The notes beneath the pieces were generated by a model. It was not told where the DNA came from. It saw nothing but the letters and a program-made list of their open reading frames with translations, and searched no databases. This document shows positions 20,099-30,757 of a DNA stretch of 64,000 nt, one piece after another. How positions within the stretch are numbered: the first letter of the stretch is position 1; every line of letters starts with the position of its first letter. This DNA comes from Candidatus Methanomethylophilaceae archaeon (GTDB lineage: Archaea > Thermoplasmatota > Thermoplasmata > Methanomassiliicoccales > Methanomethylophilaceae): assembly GCA_944320495.1 (NCBI GenBank), contig CALUHR010000006.1:31275-95274 (forward strand), read 5' to 3'. A program made the position numbers and the translations under genes.

Positions 20099-22357
20099 AT
20101 GGTCAGATTCTCCTGGGACAGTGTGGGCTTCGTATCCCAGGGCTCACGTGTGGACAGGACATACTTCCCGGCGGACTTCTCGGAGGACATCGAGCTCCAC
20201 CGCGGGGAGGAGGGCCGCGAGTGCCCGTACGTGCCGTCCGGATACGCGAGCCCGGACTACTCCGTCCTGGGGGACGACCAGGTCAGATACTACCTGTGGT
20301 GGAGGTCCTGTGCCGAGGCCGGGGTCATAGACAGTTCCGACGAGGGGTACGCCTGGCTCTACTGCAGGGAGCTCATAGAGTCCCCCGGGGACCCGAGGGA
20401 TACGCTGTCGAGGATAGTGGCATTCACCCGCACCTGCGGCACCAGCCTGAGGCTGTCCCCCATGGTCGCCTCCCTCGCAGCCGACTACGCCATATCGAAG
20501 GGGCTGCCGCTGGACCTGGTCCCGAGGGACCGCAGCTTCGCGGCCTCCGACGCACTCATCACATGGGACCTCACCCGGTACCCTATCGGGGGGACCTTCC
20601 CCGGTGCGCTGATCCCGGCGGACGTCTACAACTGGAGGAGGCTGTTTCCGAAGCTGGGGGACGAGACAATGGAGGAGATCGTCCTTCTCAGTCTGAGGGG
20701 TATCGACGAGATCGTCCGCTCCACCGAGGGGATGGGGCTCATCAGGGCGATCGGCTGCGTCCCCGAACCGTCGGACATCGTGCCCCTGGCCAGGTTCATC
20801 CGTCCTGAGGACTACCGGACGGTGACGATGCCGGTGGTCCCGAGGGAGAGGGGCCCGTACGCGCATCTGGTGGACGCCGTGATCAGGCAGGCCGTCCGCT
20901 TCATGGTGCCTCGGGGAGGACCCTCCGTGCCGAGGACGTTCCCGAAGGGGTGGCGCCGCGCCGTGGCGGCCGCCGTGGACGCCGCGGTCAACGACTGCGG
21001 ATGGATGGCATCCATGTTCAGGGACGGCGACGAGGGGTACTGGGAGGACGACGACCTCATAGTTCGCAGGGGCGACGACCGCCCCCGCATCATCCCGCAG
21101 CAGATCGGGGTGATGGAGCCGGGACGTCCCAGGATGTCCATGCGCGAGTTCATGTCCCACTGGTCCGACGAATCCGATGTCAGGGTGGACTACGTTCCGT
21201 CCGGGAGGACGGAGACGACGTACTCGGCCATGGACGACGGACAGTTGGCGTTCTACAGGTACTGGCGCACCCAGGCCCGGAAGGGGAGGTTCCTGGACAC
21301 CGACCAGGGGTACCTCTGGCTCTTCTGTACCGAGGCCGTCAACATAGACGATGAGCCCGAGGCCATCCAGGGGATGTTCGAATCCGCCCTGGAGGCATAT
21401 GCCGGTAGCAACGGCCTCGCCCCGTTGAGGATCGCGGCCAACGACCACGCCGTGCTGCACCACATGGACACGCCCTCGGACACCGACCACAGGATGTCTC
21501 GCTACGTGGCGTACGCCAAGCTGGCGTCCGACCCCATCGGCAGGATGGACGTGGACATGGCGGACCAGCTGGCACACTATGACTCGTCGAAGTACACCTC
21601 CGCCGAGCCCGACCTCCACGGCATCGCCTTCACCGAGGCGGTCAGGGCGGTGGACTCGTACATGCTCGAGAACAATGGCAAGAGGCTCGTCGACCGCTGC
21701 ACCATGAGGGAGATGGAGGGCACCATGAGGCTCTACAAGGGCCTGTGGACCTCGGAGTCCGTGGTCCTGGGCGTGGAGTTCAAGGACGTCCTGTCGTCGA
21801 GGAGGATCGAGTCGCTGATCGACGGCATCTACCGTGTGTCCATCCGCACGGTCAACAGGAGCCTCGGCGACCCGGCACCGCGCTATCCGAAGGACCTGCC
21901 GGATGCCATGATCAAGGTGGCCGAGGATGCGGTGGCTGCCCTGATGGACCGCCGCGACATGGAGAGGGAGGACGACCTGGCCAGGATGGAGGCGTCCAGG
22001 ATGGTGCTGGACCGCGACGCCGTCGAATCAGCCGCCAGGGACCTGGAGGCCGTCACGGGCATGATGGCAGTGGACGACGATGACGACGAGATCGAGGAGG
22101 TCCCGATCGTCGCGTCCCCGGACGGGGGGTGGGACGGGCTCGTCGCCTCCCTCGACGATGCCGAGACCGCCTATCTTCACGATTCACTGACCCCCCGCGG
22201 GGCGGGCCCGTGGTCACTCGAGGGCACCGGGAGGCGCCCTTCGGAGGTGGAGGACGCGGTAAACTCAAAGGCGATGGACGCCATCGGGGACGCCATCGTG
22301 GAGGGCGGAAGGGCCGTCGAGGACTACGCCCCCGACATCGAGGGTGCTCTCAGATGA
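20099..22357 (+). CDS. TerB-N (duplicated) / TerB-C domain protein
   Basis: Two copies of the Q-x-x-(Y/F)-Y-x-x-WR...D-x-GY-x-WL motif; C-terminal VEDAVNSKAMDAIGDAIVE. Confidence 0.7.
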   Translation: MVRFSWDSVGFVSQGSRVDRTYFPADFSEDIELHRGEEGRECPYVPSGYASPDYSVLGDDQVRYYLWWRSCAEAGVIDSSDEGYAWLYCRELIESPGDPRDTLSRIVAFTRTCGTSLRLSPMVASLAADYAISKGLPLDLVPRDRSFAASDALITWDLTRYPIGGTFPGALIPADVYNWRRLFPKLGDETMEEIVLLSLRGIDEIVRSTEGMGLIRAIGCVPEPSDIVPLARFIRPEDYRTVTMPVVPRERGPYAHLVDAVIRQAVRFMVPRGGPSVPRTFPKGWRRAVAAAVDAAVNDCGWMASMFRDGDEGYWEDDDLIVRRGDDRPRIIPQQIGVMEPGRPRMSMREFMSHWSDESDVRVDYVPSGRTETTYSAMDDGQLAFYRYWRTQARKGRFLDTDQGYLWLFCTEAVNIDDEPEAIQGMFESALEAYAGSNGLAPLRIAANDHAVLHHMDTPSDTDHRMSRYVAYAKLASDPIGRMDVDMADQLAHYDSSKYTSAEPDLHGIAFTEAVRAVDSYMLENNGKRLVDRCTMREMEGTMRLYKGLWTSESVVLGVEFKDVLSSRRIESLIDGIYRVSIRTVNRSLGDPAPRYPKDLPDAMIKVAEDAVAALMDRRDMEREDDLARMEASRMVLDRDAVESAARDLEAVTGMMAVDDDDDEIEEVPIVASPDGGWDGLVASLDDAETAYLHDSLTPRGAGPWSLEGTGRRPSEVEDAVNSKAMDAIGDAIVEGGRAVEDYAPDIEGALR

Positions 22358-23616
22358 CCGCAATTCCGAAGAGGACGCTGACAACGATGATGAACGCCCT
22401 GGCGTCCGGCGTGGTCCCCCGCAGGGGGCTGGAGTACATAGCCGTCGGCAGGCGCAGGGAGACCGAGACGTTCGTCTCCGACCTGGAGGACACCGCCGAG
22501 GGCGGAGGGGCGTTCAGGTTCATCTCCGGCCGCTACGGCAACGGCAAGAGCTTCATGATCCAGATGGTCAGGAACTACGCGATGGACCGCGGGTTCATGG
22601 TCATGGACGCCGACCTCGCGATCAACAGGAGGCTGACCGGGAGCAGGGGCGAGGGCCTCAACACCTACCGCGAGCTGGTCCGCAACATGGCGGTCAAGGC
22701 CCGTCCGGACGGAGGGGCGATGGAGTCCCTCCTGCAGAACTGGCTCTATCCGATCATCGACTCGGAGGGGGATCCGGAGAGGGTGGCCTCAGCGATACGC
22801 TCCGCGACCTCGGGCATGTCGGGCATGACGTTCTACCGCGACTTCGTCACGATAGTCATCTCCTACTCCAAGGACCTGATGGACCAGCGCGACGACAGCC
22901 CCGCGCTCCGCTGGCTCAAGGGCGAGTACGACCTCAAGTCCGAGGCCAGGAGGGACCTCGATGTTTCCACCCTGATCAGCGACTCCAACTGGTACGACTA
23001 CGTCAAGCTCTGGGCGGAGCTCTCGGTCCGCGCCGGATACAGGGGGGCGGTGGTCTTCCTGGACGAGGCGGTGGTCCTGTACAAGCTGCAGAACCGCGCA
23101 TCCAGGAGCAACAACTACGAGCGCCTCCTCACAATATTCAACGACATAATGCAGGGCAAGTCCTCGCATCTCTCCATGTACGTGTGCGGGACCCCGGAGT
23201 TCATAACGGATCCCGACAGGGGCCTGTACAGCTACGAGGCGCTGAGGTCCAGGCTCGTGTCCGGGAGGTTCGAGAACGGCTACGACAACTACCTCGGTCC
23301 GGTGATCAACCTCCGTCCCCTGACCAACGAGGAGGTGTTCGTGCTCCTTCGCACGCCCCGCGGGTTGCACGAGCAGCGCTACGGCTACGAGTCCGGCATA
23401 ACGGACGACATGCTCGAGTCGTACCTCAGGACCGTGACGGCGACCATCGGAGGAAGGGACATGGTCACCCCCAGGGAGATCACCAGGGACTTCATCAGCC
23501 TCCTGGACACCCTCCACCAGAACCCCCAGACCCGCTTCTCGGACATGATCGAGGGCCATTCCGTGAAGGCCGACCGCAACCCGGACGACGACCTCATCGA
23601 CGACCTCGAGCTATGA
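22354..23616 (+). CDS. DUF2791 / BrxD-like P-loop ATPase
   Basis: LASGVVPRRGL, Walker A GRYGNGKS, FLDEAV; ATGA overlap with the upstream gene. Confidence 0.85.
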   Translation: MTAIPKRTLTTMMNALASGVVPRRGLEYIAVGRRRETETFVSDLEDTAEGGGAFRFISGRYGNGKSFMIQMVRNYAMDRGFMVMDADLAINRRLTGSRGEGLNTYRELVRNMAVKARPDGGAMESLLQNWLYPIIDSEGDPERVASAIRSATSGMSGMTFYRDFVTIVISYSKDLMDQRDDSPALRWLKGEYDLKSEARRDLDVSTLISDSNWYDYVKLWAELSVRAGYRGAVVFLDEAVVLYKLQNRASRSNNYERLLTIFNDIMQGKSSHLSMYVCGTPEFITDPDRGLYSYEALRSRLVSGRFENGYDNYLGPVINLRPLTNEEVFVLLRTPRGLHEQRYGYESGITDDMLESYLRTVTATIGGRDMVTPREITRDFISLLDTLHQNPQTRFSDMIEGHSVKADRNPDDDLIDDLEL

Positions 23617-25730
23617 CCGACTTCCTGGAGAGGATGCCGCCGTTCCTCAGGGAGCGGATACACGCCGAGGGCTGGAGGTCCTGGCGCGGTGTCCAGGAGG
23701 ACTCCTTCCGGGTGCTCTTCGATTCGGGGGACCATCTTCTGATCTCGGCCGGCACGTCTTCCGGCAAGACGGAGGCTGCCATGATCCCGGTGATATCATC
23801 GCTGGCACTGGATCCGCCGGAGGGCGTCGGCGCGATCTACGTGGGGCCGACCAAGGCGCTCATCGACGACCAGTTCGCCCGCCTGGACAGGATGCTGAGG
23901 GACTCCCCCGTGGAGGTCACCGGTTGGCACGGCGACATATCCCAGGCGTCCAAGGAGAGGCTGAGGAGGGATCCCAGGGGGATCCTTCAGATCACACCGG
24001 AGTCCCTCCAGGGCGTGGTCTGCGACCGCGACCTCGTCGGGAGGATGTTCCCGGACCTCCGCTTCGTCGTCATAGACGAGGTCCACGCATTCATGGCGTC
24101 GGACCGCGGGCTCCAGCTCCTGTGCGAGCTGGACGCCATCGAGCGCATCGCCGGGTGCTCGCCCAGGAGGATAGGGCTGTCCGCCACCCTCTCGGACACG
24201 GAGGGGGCCGAGGCGTGGCTCCGCGCCGGCACTGACCGCGGCATAAGGACGGTGTCCTCGAATGACGGCGTGCCGTGCAGGGTCGGTGTCAAGTACATGC
24301 GCATCCCCGCGGAGGGAGACGCCCGCAAGCTCGCGGTGCTCTCGTACTACAGGGAGCTGAACCGTCTCACCGACCCGTACTCGTGCATCGTGTTCACCAA
24401 CAGCCGCGCCTCCGCCGAGAGGACCGCCCGGTCCCTGGACAGGGTGGCGCGCTCCGAGGGGTCCGGGAACCCGGTGAGGATCCACCACGGTTCCCTCGCC
24501 GCCTCCGTCCGCAGGGACGCGGAGGCGGATCTGAAGGAGGGCAGGCATCCCACCGTGGTGGCCACCTCCACCCTGGAGCTGGGCATGGACATCGGGGGCC
24601 TGGACCGCGTGGTCCAGATCGGCGCCCCCTACACCTGCTCGTCCATGCTCCAGCGCATGGGCCGCACCGGGCGCCGCGGGGGCAGGAGGGAGATGATCGT
24701 CTTCTGCACCGACGACGAGTCGAAGTGGTCCCCCTCCCCGCCGGGGACCTCCATGGACCTGGTCCGCGCCATCGCGGTCAAGGAGCTGGCCGTCGGAGAG
24801 GGATGGACGGAGCCGATCGAGCCGAACCCTCTGCCGTTCGGTCTGCTGTACCATCAGACGCTGGCATACCTGAAGGGCGCCGACCACGACGTCAGGTGGC
24901 CGGAGCTGAGGGACACGTTGCTCGCGATGTGGCCGTTCAGGAACATCTCCGGCGAGGAGTACAGGGAGCTGGCCATGCACATGCTGTCCCTGGGGCACCT
25001 GCAGAGGATGGAGGACGGCACCCTGCTCATAGGGCTGAAGGGCGAGCCCATCGCCAACGGCAGGGACTTCGCCTCCACCTTCGAGGTCCAGGAGTCCGTG
25101 GAGATACGCTCCGGCGGGGAGGTCCTGGGGACGGTGCAGGGCAGGCCGAGCGAGGGGAAGCTGGTCTCGCTGGCGGGCAAGGTGTGGCAGGTGATACGCG
25201 TCGGGGACGGATGGGCGGATGTCAGGGAGGTTCCCGAGGGCTCCGCCGAGTCTAAGTGGGAGTCGATGCCGCCGGATGTCAGCGACGAGGTCGCCGCCCG
25301 GATGAGGGAGGTGCTGGGCGGGGACTCCGCGTACCCGTACCTGGACTCGTCGGCGAGGGCGGAGCTGGAGGAGACATGCGCCGTGTTCCGCGAGAAGGGG
25401 TACAGCGGCGCGGTGGAGACGTCCGACGGGTTCATCCTGTTCCCCTGGGTGGGGACCCGCATGTTCGAGACGATCCGGAGGGCGCTGATGTGCATCGGAG
25501 CGCAGGTGCCCATGCACGCGTCGCCACTGTGGATGCGCGTGGTGACCGACCTCACCTGGGAGGAGGCCAGCGTGATGATCGCAGAGTACATCCGGTCGGT
25601 GGAGCCTGAGGATCTGGTTCTTCTGGAGGATGTGGAGGACATGGGGAAGTACGAGAGGTTCGTCCCCGAGGGGCTGAGGGCGAGGGAGTTCGCGGCGCAC
25701 AGGCTGGATGTTAAGAAGCTAGTCCAGTGA
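23613..25730 (+). CDS. Lhr-like / BrxHI-like DEAD/DEAH-box helicase
   Basis: AGTSSGKTEAA, DEVH, LSATL, TSTLELGMDIG, QRMGRTGRR; ATGA overlap. Confidence 0.88.
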   Translation: MTDFLERMPPFLRERIHAEGWRSWRGVQEDSFRVLFDSGDHLLISAGTSSGKTEAAMIPVISSLALDPPEGVGAIYVGPTKALIDDQFARLDRMLRDSPVEVTGWHGDISQASKERLRRDPRGILQITPESLQGVVCDRDLVGRMFPDLRFVVIDEVHAFMASDRGLQLLCELDAIERIAGCSPRRIGLSATLSDTEGAEAWLRAGTDRGIRTVSSNDGVPCRVGVKYMRIPAEGDARKLAVLSYYRELNRLTDPYSCIVFTNSRASAERTARSLDRVARSEGSGNPVRIHHGSLAASVRRDAEADLKEGRHPTVVATSTLELGMDIGGLDRVVQIGAPYTCSSMLQRMGRTGRRGGRREMIVFCTDDESKWSPSPPGTSMDLVRAIAVKELAVGEGWTEPIEPNPLPFGLLYHQTLAYLKGADHDVRWPELRDTLLAMWPFRNISGEEYRELAMHMLSLGHLQRMEDGTLLIGLKGEPIANGRDFASTFEVQESVEIRSGGEVLGTVQGRPSEGKLVSLAGKVWQVIRVGDGWADVREVPEGSAESKWESMPPDVSDEVAARMREVLGGDSAYPYLDSSARAELEETCAVFREKGYSGAVETSDGFILFPWVGTRMFETIRRALMCIGAQVPMHASPLWMRVVTDLTWEEASVMIAEYIRSVEPEDLVLLEDVEDMGKYERFVPEGLRAREFAAHRLDVKKLVQ

Positions 25731-25846
25731 ACGAGTGGATCTATTGATTGTCAAAATACAAAGATAACAAACATTACAAGTAATACAATTATTACAAGAA
25801 TAACAGCGAGCATCATATATTTGGATATCCGCTGCGATTCCCTATC

Positions 25847-28609
25847 ATGGAATCCTCTGGAGAACGGGCCTCCAATCTGTCGGTGAGGGCGAGATCCCTT
25901 TGGGCGAAGGTCTCGAATCAGAGAGGTAGCTCCGATTGGCTATCGCTTCCAACCCACATGAGCGACTCATGTATGGTATGCAGGGAGATCTGGAATGATT
26001 GGGTCAGTCCGGCTGTGAAAAGCATCATTGTTCGTGGGATTAGCATGTCCGACGGTTCCGATGCTTCTTTGGAAACGGCAGAGGGATTGGCATTGTTTCT
26101 TGCCGCCGCTCACGATCTTGGCAAAGCGTCCCCCGCGTTCCAATGTAGGATCATACCATCCAATCTTGATATTCAGGAGGAATGTCGTCAGAGGCTGGCA
26201 GGTTCAGGTCTTGAATTGAATCTAAATCTAAGCCAGTCTCATTCCCCGAAGCACGCTATCATCTCGGAGATGATCCTTGAGAGGAATGGAATCGACCGTA
26301 CCATTGGTGTGGTTCTAGGAGGGCATCATGGTAAGCCGCCGGGTTTTGCGGATCTCGAGAATCTCAGCGCTTACAGCGGACACACGGGATCGAAATCGAA
26401 GTCATGGGTAGAGGTGCAGGACGAGCTCCTGGTTTTCGCATGCCAGCTGTCATCATTCGATCTCGGGATGGTGCGCCAAATAAGACTGGATCTCCAATCG
26501 CAGGCTGTACTGACAGGTCTCGTGATAATGTCCGATTGGATGGCCAGCGATGAGACTCTCTTCCCCTATTCGGAGGATGGGATCGGACAGTCGACATCCG
26601 AGCGCATCGGGGAGGCATGGGCCAGCATAGGTATCAGGAGATGGGATGCGGAAGACGAATGGTCGTCATATGACCTCTACGAGGGAAGGTTCGGATTCAC
26701 GGCCAGGCCATTCCAGAGAGCAGTGGCGGATGTCGCAGCCAATGTCTTCGGACCATGTATGATTGTGATCGAGGCACCGATGGGTGAAGGTAAGACAGAA
26801 GCTGCCCTGGTGGCCGCAGAGACGCTGGCGAGCAGATTCGGGGATGGGGGAGTGGTATTTGCGCTGCCTACACAAGCCACCGCTGACGGGATATTCAAGA
26901 GATTCCTGGATTGGGCAGAGAAGGCGTCCCCTGGTTTCGATCGTCATTCGATATTCCTCGCTCATGGGAAATCCAGATTCAACAATCAGTTCAACAGGCT
27001 CAGATCTTCAAATATGAGGGTCGGGGGCGAAGATGGCAACTTGGTGTCAGGCAACATCGTAGCCATGGATTGGTTCAGCGGTCGCAAGAAGGGGCTGTTG
27101 TCCGATTTCGTCGTAGGGACTGTTGATCAGGTTCTAATGGCTGGTCTTAAGCAGAGGCATCTGGCCTTGAGGCATCTGGCCTTGTCAGGCAAGGTCGTGG
27201 TGATTGACGAATGTCATGCTTATGATGCTTACATGGGCAGTTATCTCTCACTCGTGCTGCGTTGGCTGGGGTCTTACAGAGTGCCCGTCATACTGATGTC
27301 TGCCACTCTTCCCTCGGGGACCCGTAGGATGCTCATGGAGTCCTACTCCAACAGTAGCGTCGATCAAACCGAAGAGGATTCCATGGCGTATCCGAGGATT
27401 TCCGTAGTGGATGGAAACGAGACATCCTATGTATTTCCCGGTTCTTCATCAAGAAGGTATGATGTCAGAATCGAGCGCGTCACGGATTCGGAGATGATGG
27501 ACAAGCTGCATGCATTTCTGCAGAACGGGGGATGTGCCGGTGTTATAGTCAATACCGTTGCCCGTGCACAGGGATTCTACGAGAAACTGAAGTCAGAATA
27601 CCCAGATGATCGTGTAATTCTCATCCATTCTGCGTTCACCGGAACCGATCGTTCGGTCATAGAGTCGGATGTCATGGATGCTCTGCATGAGGCCCACAAC
27701 ACTCAGCAGACGAGGACGATCGTTGTCGGGACACAAGTGTTGGAGCAATCCCTGGACATTGACTTCGATTTGCTGGTCAGCGACATTTGTCCCATGGATC
27801 TGCTGATCCAGCGTATCGGACGTCTGCACAGGCATGACAACCCGCGTTCCTCCAAGATGGCCGAAGCGACATGTCTGGTCCTCGACACAGATAGTGAGGA
27901 ATTCGAGAAGGGTTCGGAGGCCGTCTACGGCAGATTCCATCTGATGAATGCCCGTCTGCTCCTTCCGGAATCCCTGAACATACCGGACGATATCCCGAGG
28001 TTGGTCGAATCCGCTTACGATCCATCCGGGATCCCATGGGGGACGGAAGTCTTCGAGGATTATCTCGATGCCAAAAGGGATGATAGTGACCTGATATCAA
28101 TCGAGAGGAGGAAGGCAAGGGCTTTCCAGATCTGTCGTCCGGACAGGTCTCCGGAAGGCGATGGCAGTCTGGTGGGATGGCTAGAGATGGCCCTGTCGGA
28201 CAAAACCGAAAGAATGGCGGAATGCACAGTCAGGGATGCAGATCCGTCGGTGGAGGTCATCCTGGTATGTCGCGATCATGCGGGGAATTTCAGAACTTTG
28301 CCCTGGGTGGGGGAGACCGGAGGTTCGATCATACCTCCGGATTCCTGTCCGGATGTCGGATTGGCATACGAGATGGCAGGGTGCAAGATACGCCTGCCGG
28401 GCAGATTGACCCGCAGGTACAACATAGATGAGACTGTGAATAAACTAGAGTACATTATATAGCAAAACATCATACCTCAGGTGTGGCAGGAGTCCCATTG
28501 GCTCGCAGGGGAACTCTTCCTCCTGTTGGATGAGGACCTGACGGTGACGTTCGAGGGGCTCAGGATGAGGTACGACAGGGAGTATGGAATGAGGGTTTGC
28601 GATGATCGA
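25847..28609 (+). CDS. cas3: Type I-E Cas3 (HD nuclease-helicase); in-frame TAG at 28460-28462; ends at CGA 28607-28609
   Basis: HD motif (AHDLGK), APMGEGKTE, DECH, QRIGRLHRH. A Cas3-like C-terminus (WQESHWLAGELFLLLD...YDREYG) continues in frame past the TAG. Confidence 0.9.
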
Positions 28610-30152
28610 GAAAGAATTCAACCTGATCCGCGAGAAGTGGATACCGGTGATGAAAGAGGATGGGACGATCGAGGAGGTGGGTCTGGAGGATGTGCTGGTC
28701 CATGCCCACGAGTATCTCCGCATATCGAGTGAACTTCCTACCTTGGACTATGCTCTGATGAGGCTTCTGATGGCAACGGCCTATGCCGCCAACCGCGGAT
28801 GGCTGGATGGGATCGATGATGTGGGGTCCGCCACATCATCATGGAAGCAGGTCATGGATGCCGGCAGATTCGACGAGTCCGCCATCAGAGGATATCTGGA
28901 TAGGTACGAGGACAGGTTCTACCTGTTCCATCCGACGCGTCCATTCTACCAGGCCCCGATCGACAAAGGGACGGAGTACTCCGCAGCCAAGCTGATAGGG
29001 ACGCTTTCCGAGAGTTCCAACAAACCGAGGTTCTTCCAGATGGTGAGCGGTGTTGCCAAGGAGAGCATAAGCTATCCGGAGGCGGCCAGATGGCTACTCC
29101 ATGTAATCGCCTATGATGATACCTCGGCCAAGCCGACCGTTCCAAAATCCGGGCTCCCATCGCCAGGTGCGGGATGGGTTGGCAAGATCGGGCCAGTGTA
29201 TTTCGCAGGGGACAACCTCTTCCAGACGCTGCTCCTGAACATGCCGTTCTACAATATGATCCTGAACGAGCCGTTCACTGATGGCGTGGCAACGTGGGAA
29301 CCAGAGGTCGCGAACGTCACAGAACGCAGGGAGATCCCCCTGCCGGGAAGCCCCATCGAACTTCTGACCATCCAGTCCAGAAGGATACTCCTGAAGAGGA
29401 ACGGGGAGAGAGTCACAGGATTCCTTCTGCTCGGCGGGGACTTCTTCCAGAAGGAGAACGCGTTCATCGAACAGATGACGGCTTGGCATCGCACCAAGGA
29501 GGGAGGATGGGTGCCGTCGAGGCACGATCCTGCCCGGTTCATCTGGCGTGATTTCAATCCGCTCCTCTTGGAGCGTGATGAGGACAACAACCCTGGCGTG
29601 GTGAAGTGGGTGTCCCGTCTGGCGAGCCGTGGAATCATAGCGAAGGGCAATGTCAGGCTGACCACCACTGCCGTGACCTATGGCGACAAGGATTTCGTAG
29701 CAACGGGTGTGGTAAACGATGCCCTGTCGCTGAATTCCCAGATTCTCTCCGATCTCGGCAGGAACTGGAGGGTCCGCATCTCGGATTCCCTCGACTCCAC
29801 TGATCAATGTGTCATGGCATTCGGGAGATTCGTACAGAACCTGGCCGTGGCCGAAGGGGAGGATGAGAAGTCATTGGACCTGCCGAAGTTGCGTTCCGTG
29901 GCCATGGAGCAGGCTTACTTCAGACTCGACAAACCGTTCAGGGTCTGGCTCTCAGCCATCGATCCCGATTCGGATTCAGAAGACGACAGGATCGCCGAGT
30001 GGGAGCGTCAGATGCGCTCCCTGCTCTTCTCCATGGCCGATGACATGGTGAACGGATGCAGTATCAAGGCGATCACTGGTCGCGATATGGAGAGGAACGC
30101 ATTCAGCAGACTTCAGTTCTTCAAAAACACGGTCAACAAGATCCTGAGGTGA
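28602..30152 (+). CDS. cse1: Type I-E large subunit Cas8e/Cse1
   Basis: FNLIREKWIPV, RFYLFHPTRPFYQ, position after cas3. Confidence 0.88.
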   Translation: MIEKEFNLIREKWIPVMKEDGTIEEVGLEDVLVHAHEYLRISSELPTLDYALMRLLMATAYAANRGWLDGIDDVGSATSSWKQVMDAGRFDESAIRGYLDRYEDRFYLFHPTRPFYQAPIDKGTEYSAAKLIGTLSESSNKPRFFQMVSGVAKESISYPEAARWLLHVIAYDDTSAKPTVPKSGLPSPGAGWVGKIGPVYFAGDNLFQTLLLNMPFYNMILNEPFTDGVATWEPEVANVTERREIPLPGSPIELLTIQSRRILLKRNGERVTGFLLLGGDFFQKENAFIEQMTAWHRTKEGGWVPSRHDPARFIWRDFNPLLLERDEDNNPGVVKWVSRLASRGIIAKGNVRLTTTAVTYGDKDFVATGVVNDALSLNSQILSDLGRNWRVRISDSLDSTDQCVMAFGRFVQNLAVAEGEDEKSLDLPKLRSVAMEQAYFRLDKPFRVWLSAIDPDSDSEDDRIAEWERQMRSLLFSMADDMVNGCSIKAITGRDMERNAFSRLQFFKNTVNKILR

Positions 30153-30157
30153 ATGAT

Positions 30158-30757
30158 ATGTATGATACTGCAGACGCAGTCCACAGATTCGTGAAGGGGA
30201 GGATAGCCGTCCTGCAGACGGACGATCCTCAGAACAAGGCGAGGCTCGCCGTCCTCAGGCGCGGTCTCGGAAAGGACCCTGCGGATTCCGCGGAGGTCTG
30301 GTCGATAACCATGGAAGGCATCCCAGATGAGCTTACCGCTAAGGGCAGCGGCATCATCCAGGCCACCGATGCGGAATGGGCCATCCATACTGCCCTCACA
30401 CTCTACGCGCTGCACAGGCAGGGCTCGAATGCCCAGATGAGTACATCCGAACGCTCTTTCGCATCGGCCATCCGTCTTCTCACGGACCCGTCCGATGAGT
30501 CAGGCGGACCCGTGAAGAAGCGCTTCGATGCGCTGGTGACCTCGGAGAGCATCACGGAGGTCGCCAATCATGCGCGCAGGATCGTGCAGCTTCTCAAGGC
30601 GTCGGACAGGCCCATAGCATTCGACTATCCAGCCCTTGCACGCGATATCTATCTCTATGGGATGCCGGGCGGCAGGCGCGCCGTACGTCTCAGATGGGGC
30701 CAGGACTATTTCAGGGCAGAGAAAGCAGACAGGAATGAGGAGAACAAGGAGGAATGA
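30158..30757 (+). CDS. cse2: Type I-E small subunit Cas11/Cse2
   Basis: LAVLRRGLGK, AIHTALTLYALH, FDYPALARD, RWGQDYF. Confidence 0.88.
   Translation: MYDTADAVHRFVKGRIAVLQTDDPQNKARLAVLRRGLGKDPADSAEVWSITMEGIPDELTAKGSGIIQATDAEWAIHTALTLYALHRQGSNAQMSTSERSFASAIRLLTDPSDESGGPVKKRFDALVTSESITEVANHARRIVQLLKASDRPIAFDYPALARDIYLYGMPGGRRAVRLRWGQDYFRAEKADRNEENKEE

Noticed and set aside
22344-23612. 423-aa N-terminal extension on the Lhr-like helicase (1128-aa ORF)
   Set aside because: It is an alternative frame of the BrxD-like gene; the real start is the ATGA overlap at 23613.
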